Of a DNA stretch of 64,000 nucleotides, positions 18,981-27,900 are shown one piece after another (the first letter of the stretch is position 1; every line of letters starts with the position of its first letter). The DNA is taken from the NCBI GenBank assembly GCA_964354985.1, contig CAYHBR010000003.1:4809-68808 (forward strand). The letters are read 5' to 3'. A program made the translations under genes and the position numbers. The notes beneath the pieces were generated by a model. That model worked only from the letters and a program-made list of their open reading frames with translations, was not told the origin of the DNA and did not search any database. Source of the stretch: an uncultured Candidatus Saccharibacteria bacterium (lineage in GTDB: Bacteria; Patescibacteriota; Minisyncoccia; Phycocordibacterales; UBA9973).

Positions 18981-20168
18981 CTATTGTTCCAGCGCAACAA
19001 TCCCCGGCAATGTGCTTTTTTCTAAATATTCAAGAGTAGCCCCACCGCCTGTTGAAACAAAGTGGAATTTGTCGACAAGTCCTAGCTTGGAAGCGAGCGC
19101 AACAGTGTCGCCTCCGCCGATAGTCGAATGGGTAGCGTCACTGACCCCTGCAAGCTTGTTTAAGAGTGCCTCTGTCGCCCCACCGAAGCCATCCTCGTAT
19201 TTGCCCATTGGACCGTTCCAAAGAACAGTTTTGGCTCCATCTAAAATAAATTTAATCTTCACAATTGATTTTGGGCCGATATCCACGATTACGTCACCTT
19301 TTATGACAGCATCTGTATTAATATTTTTCACAACATCAGCCGAGTCTTCTGTCGGCTTGCGTTTTACCACAAGGTCTTCTGGTAAATAAAATTTCTCAGT
19401 ATCAAAAATTTTTAAGTTAATAAAATCTTTGGTGGAGTTATCGTTTTCAGGAATGCCGGCGCTTTCGTCGTGGAACGAATCCCCTATTTCCTTGCCTTGC
19501 AAAAAAAGAATTTGATTTAGAAGTGCGCCACCAACGATAACCTTGTTGGCTTTTTCAGATATTTTTTTGATGAGTTTCATTTTGGTCGAAAGTTTGGCAC
19601 CGCCGAAAATAACAACATACGGCCGGGCTGGGTTTTCCTGCAGAGCAGACAGGTGTTCAACTTCTTCGAGTAGTTGCATTCCTGCAAATGACGGCATAAG
19701 TTTTGGCAAACCAACGATACTGGCGTGCTCACGATGAGAAACAGAAAAGGCGTCGTTCACAAAAATTTCTCCGAGCGAAGCTAACCATTTTGAAAACTCG
19801 ATATCGTTTTCTTTTTCACCAGCAAAGGCACGGATATTGGTGAGGAGAAGAACATTACCGTTTTGCATTCCATCAACAGCTTTCTCAATGGTCGCCTTGT
19901 CTGTGGTATCCAAAAATGCGAGCGGAACTTTTTGCTCTTCGAGTTTTTTGGCAATTGGCGCCAGACTCTCACTTCCGTCGTCGCCTAAGTGTGTGAGCAA
20001 AACAATTTTGGCGCCACGCGAAGTGAGGAACTGGATAGTCGGCAAAGCTCGCAGAATGCGGTAATCATCACGGACAGCGCCACCAACTATTGGCACATTC
20101 AAATCACTGCGCAAAATTATCCGCTTGCCTTCGATATGTTCGATTTCAGAAACGCTTTTGATTTTCAT
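18981..20168 (-). CDS. pgk: Phosphoglycerate kinase
   Basis: DLNVP, NDAF, GGAK, WNGPMG, GGGDT, STGGGA; start MKIKS (20168). Confidence 0.97.
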   Translation of the reverse strand: MKIKSVSEIEHIEGKRIILRSDLNVPIVGGAVRDDYRILRALPTIQFLTSRGAKIVLLTHLGDDGSESLAPIAKKLEEQKVPLAFLDTTDKATIEKAVDGMQNGNVLLLTNIRAFAGEKENDIEFSKWLASLGEIFVNDAFSVSHREHASIVGLPKLMPSFAGMQLLEEVEHLSALQENPARPYVVIFGGAKLSTKMKLIKKISEKANKVIVGGALLNQILFLQGKEIGDSFHDESAGIPENDNSTKDFINLKIFDTEKFYLPEDLVVKRKPTEDSADVVKNINTDAVIKGDVIVDIGPKSIVKIKFILDGAKTVLWNGPMGKYEDGFGGATEALLNKLAGVSDATHSTIGGGDTVALASKLGLVDKFHFVSTGGGATLEYLEKSTLPGIVALEQ

Positions 20169-20181
20169 TTTTTCTTTCCTC

Positions 20182-20955
20182 TTATTTAGCAAAACGGTTT
20201 ATTATTTCAATAAATGCCTTTGGATCGATACTTGCGCGACCGACGAGTAGTCCGTGCATACCGGCAACTGTGATAAATTCTTTGGCGTTCTTACTCGTCA
20301 CCGAACCGCCGTAGAGAACAGGTACAGTTTTCATTGTTTTTTCATCTGAAATATCTGCGACAAGTTTTTGTATATAAATGCGCATTTCGCGGGCGTCTTC
20401 TGGTGTCGCGGCAACTTTGGCACCGATTGCCCAAAGCGGTTCGTAGGCAATGATGGTATTACCTACCTCTTTTTTTGACAAGCCTTCAAGTATCGCGACC
20501 TGTTCGCGAACTTCGGCATGAGATTTCTCGGCATCTGCGCGACTCTTTTCTCCGACACATAGAATCGGACGAATACCGACTGCGTGTGCGGCCTTCAATT
20601 TCATTAAAACAACTTCATTACTCTCGCCCATCGCACGTCGTTCGGAGTGTCCGATGATTGAATACTTTACGCCAACAGAAGCTAACGCTTTGGGAGAAAC
20701 TTCACCGGTATATGCGCCTATCATCATTGGTGAGAGATCTTGAGCGCCGAGTAAGTATTTTCCTTTCTTGATTGTCGCGCCAACACTTTGCATAAAAGGA
20801 AATGGCGGGCAGACGACAATCGTGACTCCTTTTTGGGTGTGACTAAGAATATTTTTTAGAGCTAACTTGCTCGTCAAAGCTGTCGCGATTTTATTGGCTT
20901 CTTTATTTGTTTCTGGGTACTGCTTCCAGTTGGCGATGATGTATGTGGTGTTCAT
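20182..20955 (-). CDS. tpiA: Triosephosphate isomerase
   Basis: NWK, GHSERR, AYEPLWAIG, YGGSV. Confidence 0.97.
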   Translation of the reverse strand: MNTTYIIANWKQYPETNKEANKIATALTSKLALKNILSHTQKGVTIVVCPPFPFMQSVGATIKKGKYLLGAQDLSPMMIGAYTGEVSPKALASVGVKYSIIGHSERRAMGESNEVVLMKLKAAHAVGIRPILCVGEKSRADAEKSHAEVREQVAILEGLSKKEVGNTIIAYEPLWAIGAKVAATPEDAREMRIYIQKLVADISDEKTMKTVPVLYGGSVTSKNAKEFITVAGMHGLLVGRASIDPKAFIEIINRFAK

Positions 20956-20986
20956 ATTTATTCATTCTACTCTAAATACTAAAGCT

Positions 20987-21028
20987 TACAAACAAAAAAA
21001 ACCGCATTTGCGGTTTTTTTTGTTTGTA
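20987..21028. terminator. Intrinsic terminator ending the surface-protein cluster
   Basis: TACAAACAAAAAAAACCGCA-tt-TGCGGTTTTTTTTGTTTGTA. Confidence 0.85.
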
Positions 21029-21040
21029 TAACGTTTGAAA

Positions 21041-21493
21041 TTATAAAATTGAACCAAAAGTACACACCATAGTAGAACCTCCCATGTCTATAGAAAATCC
21101 ACTTCCTACTGGCTGATTAGCACCATTCCACACACCAGAATCAGACGTTTGTTCACCAGTACTATTGTTGGTTGTAGTACAATCTAATTCTTGTGAAAAC
21201 AAAGGATTAGTTCCACCAGATATCACCATTTTAGGATAATCTGATACTTTTGATAATAAGCTGGTCGCTTTCGAAAGCTGACTAAGTATTGCCTTTGCCT
21301 GACTAAACCTTGCTACATCGTAAATAGCTGTAACAGGTGCTTTGCTTGTATTTGAAATAATTTTGTAATCAGAAACTAAACTTTTTGACGTAATAACAGC
21401 AGCCCCCTGGTCTTTATTATTGCTTTTAACTATAAAAAGAATAACTACTATTGCAACAACTAAAACCAAAATTATAATGATATTTTTTTTCAT
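21041..21493 (-). CDS. Hypothetical membrane-anchored protein
   Basis: MKKNIIIILVLVVAIVV TM anchor; C-terminal Cys pair. Confidence 0.75.
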   Translation of the reverse strand: MKKNIIIILVLVVAIVVILFIVKSNNKDQGAAVITSKSLVSDYKIISNTSKAPVTAIYDVARFSQAKAILSQLSKATSLLSKVSDYPKMVISGGTNPLFSQELDCTTTNNSTGEQTSDSGVWNGANQPVGSGFSIDMGGSTMVCTFGSIL

Positions 21494-21534
21494 AAAATTC
21501 TTCTTAAATAATAATATAAACATTATACACCTTT

Positions 21535-21921
21535 TTAAAAGACTGGGAAACCAAAACTACGGACATAATCAAGAGCCTTATCCTTTGTTATCGCGTAAAC
21601 ACTATCTATACTTTCCCCTACTTTTAATTCGTAAGCAAACAATATTTTATCACTTATCATGTCAACAACAGTTATCCTATATTTACCCAGTGGTACATCA
21701 GCAAGGATATTAAAAATTAAACAGGAGTTCAATTTAGCGTTGAAAATGTACCGACTTGTGCCATCTGTAAAATATGCAGGACTTTTTTGTATAAAAATGT
21801 CTCCACAATTTTTAGTAGCAATAATTTTGTGCATACTATTTTTGTTAATGAATCGAAATAACAAAATTCCAAACACAATTATTATTATCAATACCCAACT
21901 TGTTATGAATTTCTTATCCAC
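21535..21921 (-). CDS. Hypothetical membrane-anchored protein
   Basis: N-terminal TM, two Cys; co-oriented in cluster. Confidence 0.75.
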   Translation of the reverse strand: MDKKFITSWVLIIIIVFGILLFRFINKNSMHKIIATKNCGDIFIQKSPAYFTDGTSRYIFNAKLNSCLIFNILADVPLGKYRITVVDMISDKILFAYELKVGESIDSVYAITKDKALDYVRSFGFPVF

Positions 21922-21933
21922 TGGTTTCGTTTA

Positions 21934-23862
21934 TTAATTATATGTAATTATTACAGCACCACTTGTCCCTGCAAGACCTTGGCTAAATGCGGCATTTCCT
22001 CCCACTCCACCGTTACCACCTTTCCCATAAACCACCCCGCCGCCAGATGATCCTCCAGTGCCACCTGTGTAAGATGCCGACCCTACGCCAATTGCACCAG
22101 AAAAACCAGATAGGGCAATTCCTGTTGGGGCAGTTGGAATACCACCCAATCCACCATTTGCAGTTCCTAAGGCTGCTGCTGGTGCTCCTTTTCCACCTGT
22201 CGCAATATAGGTTGAATTAAACACACTATTAACTCCATTAGTTCCTCCGTTTCCAGGCTGACCAAACATTCCTCCACTCCCTCCTTGACCCACTGTTACA
22301 GAGTATGATTGCCCACCTGAAACCGCAATATTGGCGTCGATATATCCTGCACCACCACCACCACCTCCTCCACTACCTGAAAATAATGAAGCGTATCCTC
22401 CTGCACCACCGCCTCCGCCACCCCATACTTGTATTCGCGCGGTTGTGACGCCTGCTGGCACAGTCCATGTAGATGATCCGACAGATGTATATGTCTGCAC
22501 TCCTGAAGTAGAGTTTGCTGGGGGGCACCAAACCAGACTACCGATATTATCTGCACAAATAGCTTTATATCCAGCTGAACCAGCGGCCAAGGTAGGGCTT
22601 CTAAGTTGCATACCACTTACAAAGGGGGCAGTTACTGAACCTCCTGACCAAATGTTTCCCGGGATCAATATGTCACCTCCAACATGAACATCTCTTACGT
22701 ACACATCTGCATTGTGTCCGCCCCCTTCACTACTCCAAAAATTTAATCCGGGTCTGTTTGTGATAATAGAACTAATTCCCGAAGAGGTAGATGTATTTAG
22801 AGAAATAGCGTCTGTTCCTGCATTACCACTGCCTGAAAGACTTACTTTTAACGGTGCGTTATTTATCTGAATTGCACCACCACTTACATCTAGTCGAGTA
22901 GCTGTAGCTGGTTGTGTTTCTCCTATTTTCACAGTTATATCATCGTTGGTTAAATTAGCGCTACCACTAAGTGATAGACCGCCTATATCATATCTTGGTA
23001 CTCGATAAACTCCACTTCCTACATTGACAGTTGCGCCACTTCCACTTGATCCACATGTGGTAACGTTTCCACCTGGATATACACACAATGGACTTATGGA
23101 TGGGACTGTAGTTAGTCCTTTTAAATTTATACTCTCTGCAATAATTCCAGCATATGTATTACTCATGTTTGTCCAAAATTCAACGAAGTTTTTATTATTA
23201 GCAGTAACTCTAAAGTTTTGACTAGCTGTCAATCCAGCATCTAAAATAAGAGTCTTGCCTACAGTAACAGAGTTACCATCGTTTAATAAATTTGTCGCCG
23301 CAACAGGCGTGTCTAGCGCAGAAAATCGAACAGTGTTATTGGTCGCACCAGAAAGAGTCGTTCCACTTCCCCCTGTCGGCCACGCACTTATACAAGTGGT
23401 GAGCGAGAAACAAAACTTACTGGCGAAAATTGAGCCTGGATCTGGGACAGGGCTCGTTGACGACATTGCTCCGAGAGCCGCAATACCAGCACCAATTTGT
23501 GTGGGGGTCCAATAAAAGCCGCCGGAAAAAATCCTGCCCATGGTTTTCAATCCATTGACTGGAACAGTGGCAAAGTCTATGCCAGTACCAACACCAACTT
23601 TATTATCAACTTGCAATATGCCTGATTGGTTAGAAGTTGGAATCAAAGGAAGTGTTGTTCCAGCTCCGACTCGAGATTGATATGTTTGGAGACTTCCACC
23701 TTTTATTTGAGAATATTGACTAGTATTTATCGGAAGTGGAGCGTTTGAGTTCGCAGGTGTTCCTGTCGGTCCAACAAAAGATGTTTGAGCGTAGACTGCA
23801 ATAGCACCAAAAAGTATTGCGAGAAATGCTGTCTTTGCTGATTGTGTTAAAAACTTTTTCAT
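21934..23862 (-). CDS. Secreted fibre/adhesin-like protein with C-terminal glycine-rich domain
   Basis: Signal peptide; FVGPTGTPANSNAPLPIN...Q.K.G.L N-motif; WTVPAGVT..RIQVWGGGGGG...GGGGGGAGY...V.VGQGG.GG...G.SGAVIITY. Confidence 0.85.
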   Translation of the reverse strand: MKKFLTQSAKTAFLAILFGAIAVYAQTSFVGPTGTPANSNAPLPINTSQYSQIKGGSLQTYQSRVGAGTTLPLIPTSNQSGILQVDNKVGVGTGIDFATVPVNGLKTMGRIFSGGFYWTPTQIGAGIAALGAMSSTSPVPDPGSIFASKFCFSLTTCISAWPTGGSGTTLSGATNNTVRFSALDTPVAATNLLNDGNSVTVGKTLILDAGLTASQNFRVTANNKNFVEFWTNMSNTYAGIIAESINLKGLTTVPSISPLCVYPGGNVTTCGSSGSGATVNVGSGVYRVPRYDIGGLSLSGSANLTNDDITVKIGETQPATATRLDVSGGAIQINNAPLKVSLSGSGNAGTDAISLNTSTSSGISSIITNRPGLNFWSSEGGGHNADVYVRDVHVGGDILIPGNIWSGGSVTAPFVSGMQLRSPTLAAGSAGYKAICADNIGSLVWCPPANSTSGVQTYTSVGSSTWTVPAGVTTARIQVWGGGGGGAGGYASLFSGSGGGGGGGAGYIDANIAVSGGQSYSVTVGQGGSGGMFGQPGNGGTNGVNSVFNSTYIATGGKGAPAAALGTANGGLGGIPTAPTGIALSGFSGAIGVGSASYTGGTGGSSGGGVVYGKGGNGGVGGNAAFSQGLAGTSGAVIITYN

Positions 23863-23927
23863 ACTTTTTATTATAAATCTAGATTAATAATGTGGCGACT
23901 TTTTTAGTGGATAATGTTTTGAAATAA

Positions 23928-26132
23928 TCAACGCTCGAAGAATCGGAAAAACCAGTTTCGATTTGATGGTGGATTACAAGCAGGGTCTACATCTACAGTA
24001 AATGATTTGAGTGTGCCATCGCATTTAATACTGAATAATGTCGAGCTACTTATCGTAAAGTTAGGAATAACACTTGGGACCGGCACAATGTAACTATTAT
24101 TCCCGATCGGCACAGAAAATGGACCTGTCCAAGCTGGGACTCCGACACCGTCCAGCAACATACAATTATTTGCCCCGGCAAGATTATTTACAGTTACTAC
24201 TGGAGAAAATACAGTTGTGTCATCTGGAACACAACTATTTACTACATCAATACTTGGAGTTAGTGGCTCAAGTGTAATAACTCTCACGCTTGCCGGCGGT
24301 AGTGGTTGTCCAGAAATTCCTCCGATAGTTGCGTCACAATTTATAGTGTAAGTTGTAGTGCTTGGATAGGCTGGATTGTGACTCTTTCCAGTTGCCATTG
24401 GTATTTGAGCATTTCCAGTTGCGGGCAACGAAGCATCCGCCAATGTTCCGGCTGCATTAGTCCAATAAACTGATGGGGTGGATGTTGAAAAACAAGAGTC
24501 TGGAGTAATGTCGGCGCTTGATTCCCACCTTAGATCGACTGTATCTGTTGAGCTTGCATAAATGTCAGCTGAGGTGAACAAACTATTTGAGTCTGAGTAA
24601 AGCTTAATTTTAAGGGTTAAATCACCTAAAACTCCCATATTTTTTGAAACTTCGACGACATTTGATTGGACTGCAGTACCGCTGGAATTTAAACAAGTAA
24701 TACTATATAAGGTTGGGTTTGAAGGCACACTTATGCCTGACTCCGTGGAGCCGATACCATTTGTGGTCGGCACATTTTTAAATATAGGCTGACCCACTCC
24801 TGAAAATTTCCACAAAGGTATATTTTGAGTCGTTCCGCTAGCTGGAATATTTGCCTGACAATTTGACCAACCAGAACCACTAGATGTCCATTTCATTGAG
24901 ACAGTTTCTCCAGGATCTACAGAAAATGGTCCTTGTGAGTATGAAGGATTTGTAATACTTGAATTACCTTCAAGCAAAATATTGTTGCCTGGGTCTGGCG
25001 TGACCGTAACAGTTACTTGCGGGCAAGTAGCCATCGCTGTTGCTTTGGTTGCTGGATCACACGGGATTGCAACCTGACCTGGAGCTGGTACTTTTCCCGC
25101 TCGTATCCCTTCATAGTTTATACAATCTAAATAATATGTCGTGTCCGGCGCATATACATATGTATTTTGATTTGTACCACCGATTGGTGAAGTGGTTGAC
25201 GGTAATGCCACACCGCCAGGTGCAAATGTTGTTGAGTCCCAGCCAGTAAGTAGCGGACCAGTGACAGGCACTCCACCTATTATGTGAGTTGAAAATAGAT
25301 CTGAAAATCCACCAGAGCCAACTATGTTACATTTATCAAATTTTCTTAATGGGTAATTTACAATATCTGCATCGATACTGTTTTGCCAATTATAACTAAT
25401 GCCTCCTGTGAGTGAGCCTCCTGCTGGGACAGTATTACCGGGAAGTGCTTTTAAAGAAATAATAGGTATATACCTCGGTGTTATTTTCGGTACACTTGAA
25501 ACTCCATCAAAAGAAATCCAGCCGGCGACTTCTGTGCCGGAGCTGAAAACTGTTCCGCCCCAAGCGTATCCTGAAAATAAGCCGAGAGTTGTATCGTATG
25601 TGACACCAAAAAGATCACCTGATTGAGCTTTTCCTGCCATTGCCACCCAGCCGTTCCAGCCACCGTTTTGGTCGGTTATGATATTTGTATCAGATCCACA
25701 ATTGTCAGGTTTTGTTGTATTTGTAAAATCACTACAAAAACGAGCCCAGCCCACAACCGGGCGAACTCCTGCAATATCAATACCTGTAACCTTCGCACCA
25801 CCAAGCCTGTTGCCAGCCAAAGAAGGTGTCATTACTGTTTGATCAAACCGTATCCAACCAATATTATCAGACCAGCCAAGACCTCTCATTTCTCCAGTAG
25901 TTGTGTCTAGGGTGACTCCGTATATTCCTCCAGACCCAGCACATGTGTTTATTTGATACCCTGCATTCGCTCCGGAGTTGTCGCAATTCATACTTATCCA
26001 ACCAGCCGAGTCGCTCCAAGCATAGCCATACAGTGGAGCAGTTGTGGGTGCGGCCTGTGCGCGCAAGCCAAAAGCAAAAACTCCGAGAGACAGAGCAGAG
26101 AAAATTATTATTGATTTTAAAAAACGGTTCAT
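23928..26132 (-). CDS. Large secreted surface protein with GYAW..GWI repeats and Ig-like modules
   Basis: Signal peptide from MNRFLK (26132); GYAWSDSAGWIS, GLGWSDNIGWIR, GYAWG..AGWISF; repeated T/LY.I.C modules. Confidence 0.85.
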   Translation of the reverse strand: MNRFLKSIIIFSALSLGVFAFGLRAQAAPTTAPLYGYAWSDSAGWISMNCDNSGANAGYQINTCAGSGGIYGVTLDTTTGEMRGLGWSDNIGWIRFDQTVMTPSLAGNRLGGAKVTGIDIAGVRPVVGWARFCSDFTNTTKPDNCGSDTNIITDQNGGWNGWVAMAGKAQSGDLFGVTYDTTLGLFSGYAWGGTVFSSGTEVAGWISFDGVSSVPKITPRYIPIISLKALPGNTVPAGGSLTGGISYNWQNSIDADIVNYPLRKFDKCNIVGSGGFSDLFSTHIIGGVPVTGPLLTGWDSTTFAPGGVALPSTTSPIGGTNQNTYVYAPDTTYYLDCINYEGIRAGKVPAPGQVAIPCDPATKATAMATCPQVTVTVTPDPGNNILLEGNSSITNPSYSQGPFSVDPGETVSMKWTSSGSGWSNCQANIPASGTTQNIPLWKFSGVGQPIFKNVPTTNGIGSTESGISVPSNPTLYSITCLNSSGTAVQSNVVEVSKNMGVLGDLTLKIKLYSDSNSLFTSADIYASSTDTVDLRWESSADITPDSCFSTSTPSVYWTNAAGTLADASLPATGNAQIPMATGKSHNPAYPSTTTYTINCDATIGGISGQPLPPASVRVITLEPLTPSIDVVNSCVPDDTTVFSPVVTVNNLAGANNCMLLDGVGVPAWTGPFSVPIGNNSYIVPVPSVIPNFTISSSTLFSIKCDGTLKSFTVDVDPACNPPSNRNWFFRFFER

Positions 26133-26169
26133 ATGAAGATTTATATTTTGATGCGTATTAGTTTGGGCA

Positions 26170-26502
26170 TTAGTTTTGGAATGAAGCAATGATAGCTTTT
26201 TGTTCTGCTTCGGTGAGAGGTTTCTCTGGTGGAATATTGGCAACAGATTTTAAGATAGCCTGTTGTTCTGTTTTGGAAAGTGGTTTTTGCGCAGGCGCTT
26301 CGGAAAAAGATTTGACGATTGCTTCTTGCTCCGCTTTTGTAAGTGGCTTCTCAATATTTACAAGATTTGAATTTGGATTTAAATATTTTTGATTTTTAGT
26401 GAGAGTGTATGCAGTAAAAACCACTACTGCGATAATGGCGAGTAATACAAAAAAACCTGCGTGTCCTTTTTTTTTCTGTATTTGTGTATTATCGATTGCC
26501 AT
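26170..26502 (-). CDS. Small membrane-anchored protein with three 21-aa repeats
   Basis: TM then EKPLTKAEQEAIVKSF / QKPLSKTEQQAILKSV / EKPLTEAEQKAIIASF. Confidence 0.8.
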   Translation of the reverse strand: MAIDNTQIQKKKGHAGFFVLLAIIAVVVFTAYTLTKNQKYLNPNSNLVNIEKPLTKAEQEAIVKSFSEAPAQKPLSKTEQQAILKSVANIPPEKPLTEAEQKAIIASFQN

Positions 26503-26563
26503 AATGCTATTAACTTTAATATTACTATTATTCTACGAGCATAACAATGCATTTTTGTGTGGA

Positions 26564-26630
26564 TTGCAAAAAAGTCTTTTTTTTGATATTATGATTTCCG
26601 TAAGTCCCGGCCGAAACCGAGGCTTTTTTT
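26564..26630 (+). promoter_or_regulatory. nusA promoter and leader terminator-like hairpin
   Basis: TTGCAA-17-TATTAT then AAGTCCCGG-ccgaaa-CCGAGGCTT-TTTTT. Confidence 0.65.
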
Positions 26631-26655
26631 ACAAATAAATAATAATAATAAATAT

Positions 26656-27876
26656 ATGTTAGACATGAAAGTACTCAAGTCGGCTCTCGAACAACTAGAG
26701 GAAGAGCGCCGAATTCCAAAAGAAAAAATAATTGAGGCCATAGAGCAGGCCCTCGCCGCTGCCTATAAAAAAGACTTCGGAAAGCGCTGGCAAATAGTTC
26801 GATGTCATTTTGACCTCGAAACCGGCGAAATCTCATTTTCACAGGTAAAAATCGTCGTAGACGATTCTTTGGTCTGGATGCCTGAAAATGAAGAGTCTGC
26901 CACCCCAACAGGTGAAGAACGCGAGCGCTTTAACTCTGAAAAACACATTCTCCTCGCTGACGCCCGCATGATCAAGGGAAATTCCGAAGTCAACGACGAA
27001 ATTGTCTTCCCCCTCGAATCCAAAGAGGATTTCGGCCGTATTGCTGCCCAAACTGCCAAACAAGTCATCATGCAGCGTATTCGTGAGGCCGAGAGAAGCT
27101 CTCTTGTCGACGAATATGGCGACAAAGAAGGCGAAATCATCTCTGGAATCATCCAAAAGATCGAAGGTGGCACTGTCATCGTCGATTTTAACCGGGCTTT
27201 AGGTATTTTGCCTCCCCAGGAGCAGATTTCTGGCGAAAATTTCCGCCGTGGCGAACGAATTCGCGCATATTTGTATGCCGTAGACGAAGGAGCAAGGGGT
27301 GTATCGCTCAAACTTTCCCGCACTCATCCCATGTTTTTGAAGAAACTCTTCGAACTTGAGGTTCCCGAGATAGCTAGTGGTGTCGTAGAGGTAAAATCTA
27401 TTGCCCGCGAACCAGGATCTCGTTCCAAAATGGCTGTTTTCTCGACAGACGACCATGTTGACCCAGTTGGTTCTTGTGTCGGAGGACGCGGAGTCCGTGT
27501 CACGACTGTTACCAATGAACTTGGCGGTGAAAAAGTCGACATTATAGAATGGAGTGCAGACCATGCAACCTATATCTCAAACTCACTTTCTCCTGCCAAA
27601 GTCATCAATATTGAAGTAAACGAAGCTGAACACAAGGCATTTATCGAAGTCGCCGACGACCAGCTTTCTCTCGCTATCGGCAAAGGTGGACAAAATGTCC
27701 GTCTAGCTGCCAAACTCACTGGTTGGAGAATAGACATCAAAGGTATCACTGCCGAGTCTGTCACATCAAGTGACGGCGAAACAGTCGAAGAGGAAGGTGG
27801 TTTTTCTTCTCTAAAAGATCTTAAAAATACTTATAGCGAAGGAGTTGATATGGGTAGTGACAAAATCGAAGATTAA
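26656..27876 (+). CDS. nusA: Transcription termination/antitermination factor NusA
   Basis: FGRIAAQTAKQVI, AREPGSRSK, DPVGSCVG, SLAIGKGGQNVRLA. Confidence 0.98.
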   Translation: MLDMKVLKSALEQLEEERRIPKEKIIEAIEQALAAAYKKDFGKRWQIVRCHFDLETGEISFSQVKIVVDDSLVWMPENEESATPTGEERERFNSEKHILLADARMIKGNSEVNDEIVFPLESKEDFGRIAAQTAKQVIMQRIREAERSSLVDEYGDKEGEIISGIIQKIEGGTVIVDFNRALGILPPQEQISGENFRRGERIRAYLYAVDEGARGVSLKLSRTHPMFLKKLFELEVPEIASGVVEVKSIAREPGSRSKMAVFSTDDHVDPVGSCVGGRGVRVTTVTNELGGEKVDIIEWSADHATYISNSLSPAKVINIEVNEAEHKAFIEVADDQLSLAIGKGGQNVRLAAKLTGWRIDIKGITAESVTSSDGETVEEEGGFSSLKDLKNTYSEGVDMGSDKIED

Positions 27877-27900
27877 TTATTAATTTATATACAAATAACT

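Noticed and set aside
20168-20192. tpiA-pgk overlap or fusion
   Set aside because: The overlap disappears with the ATG at 20168; the genes are in separate frames with a normal stop
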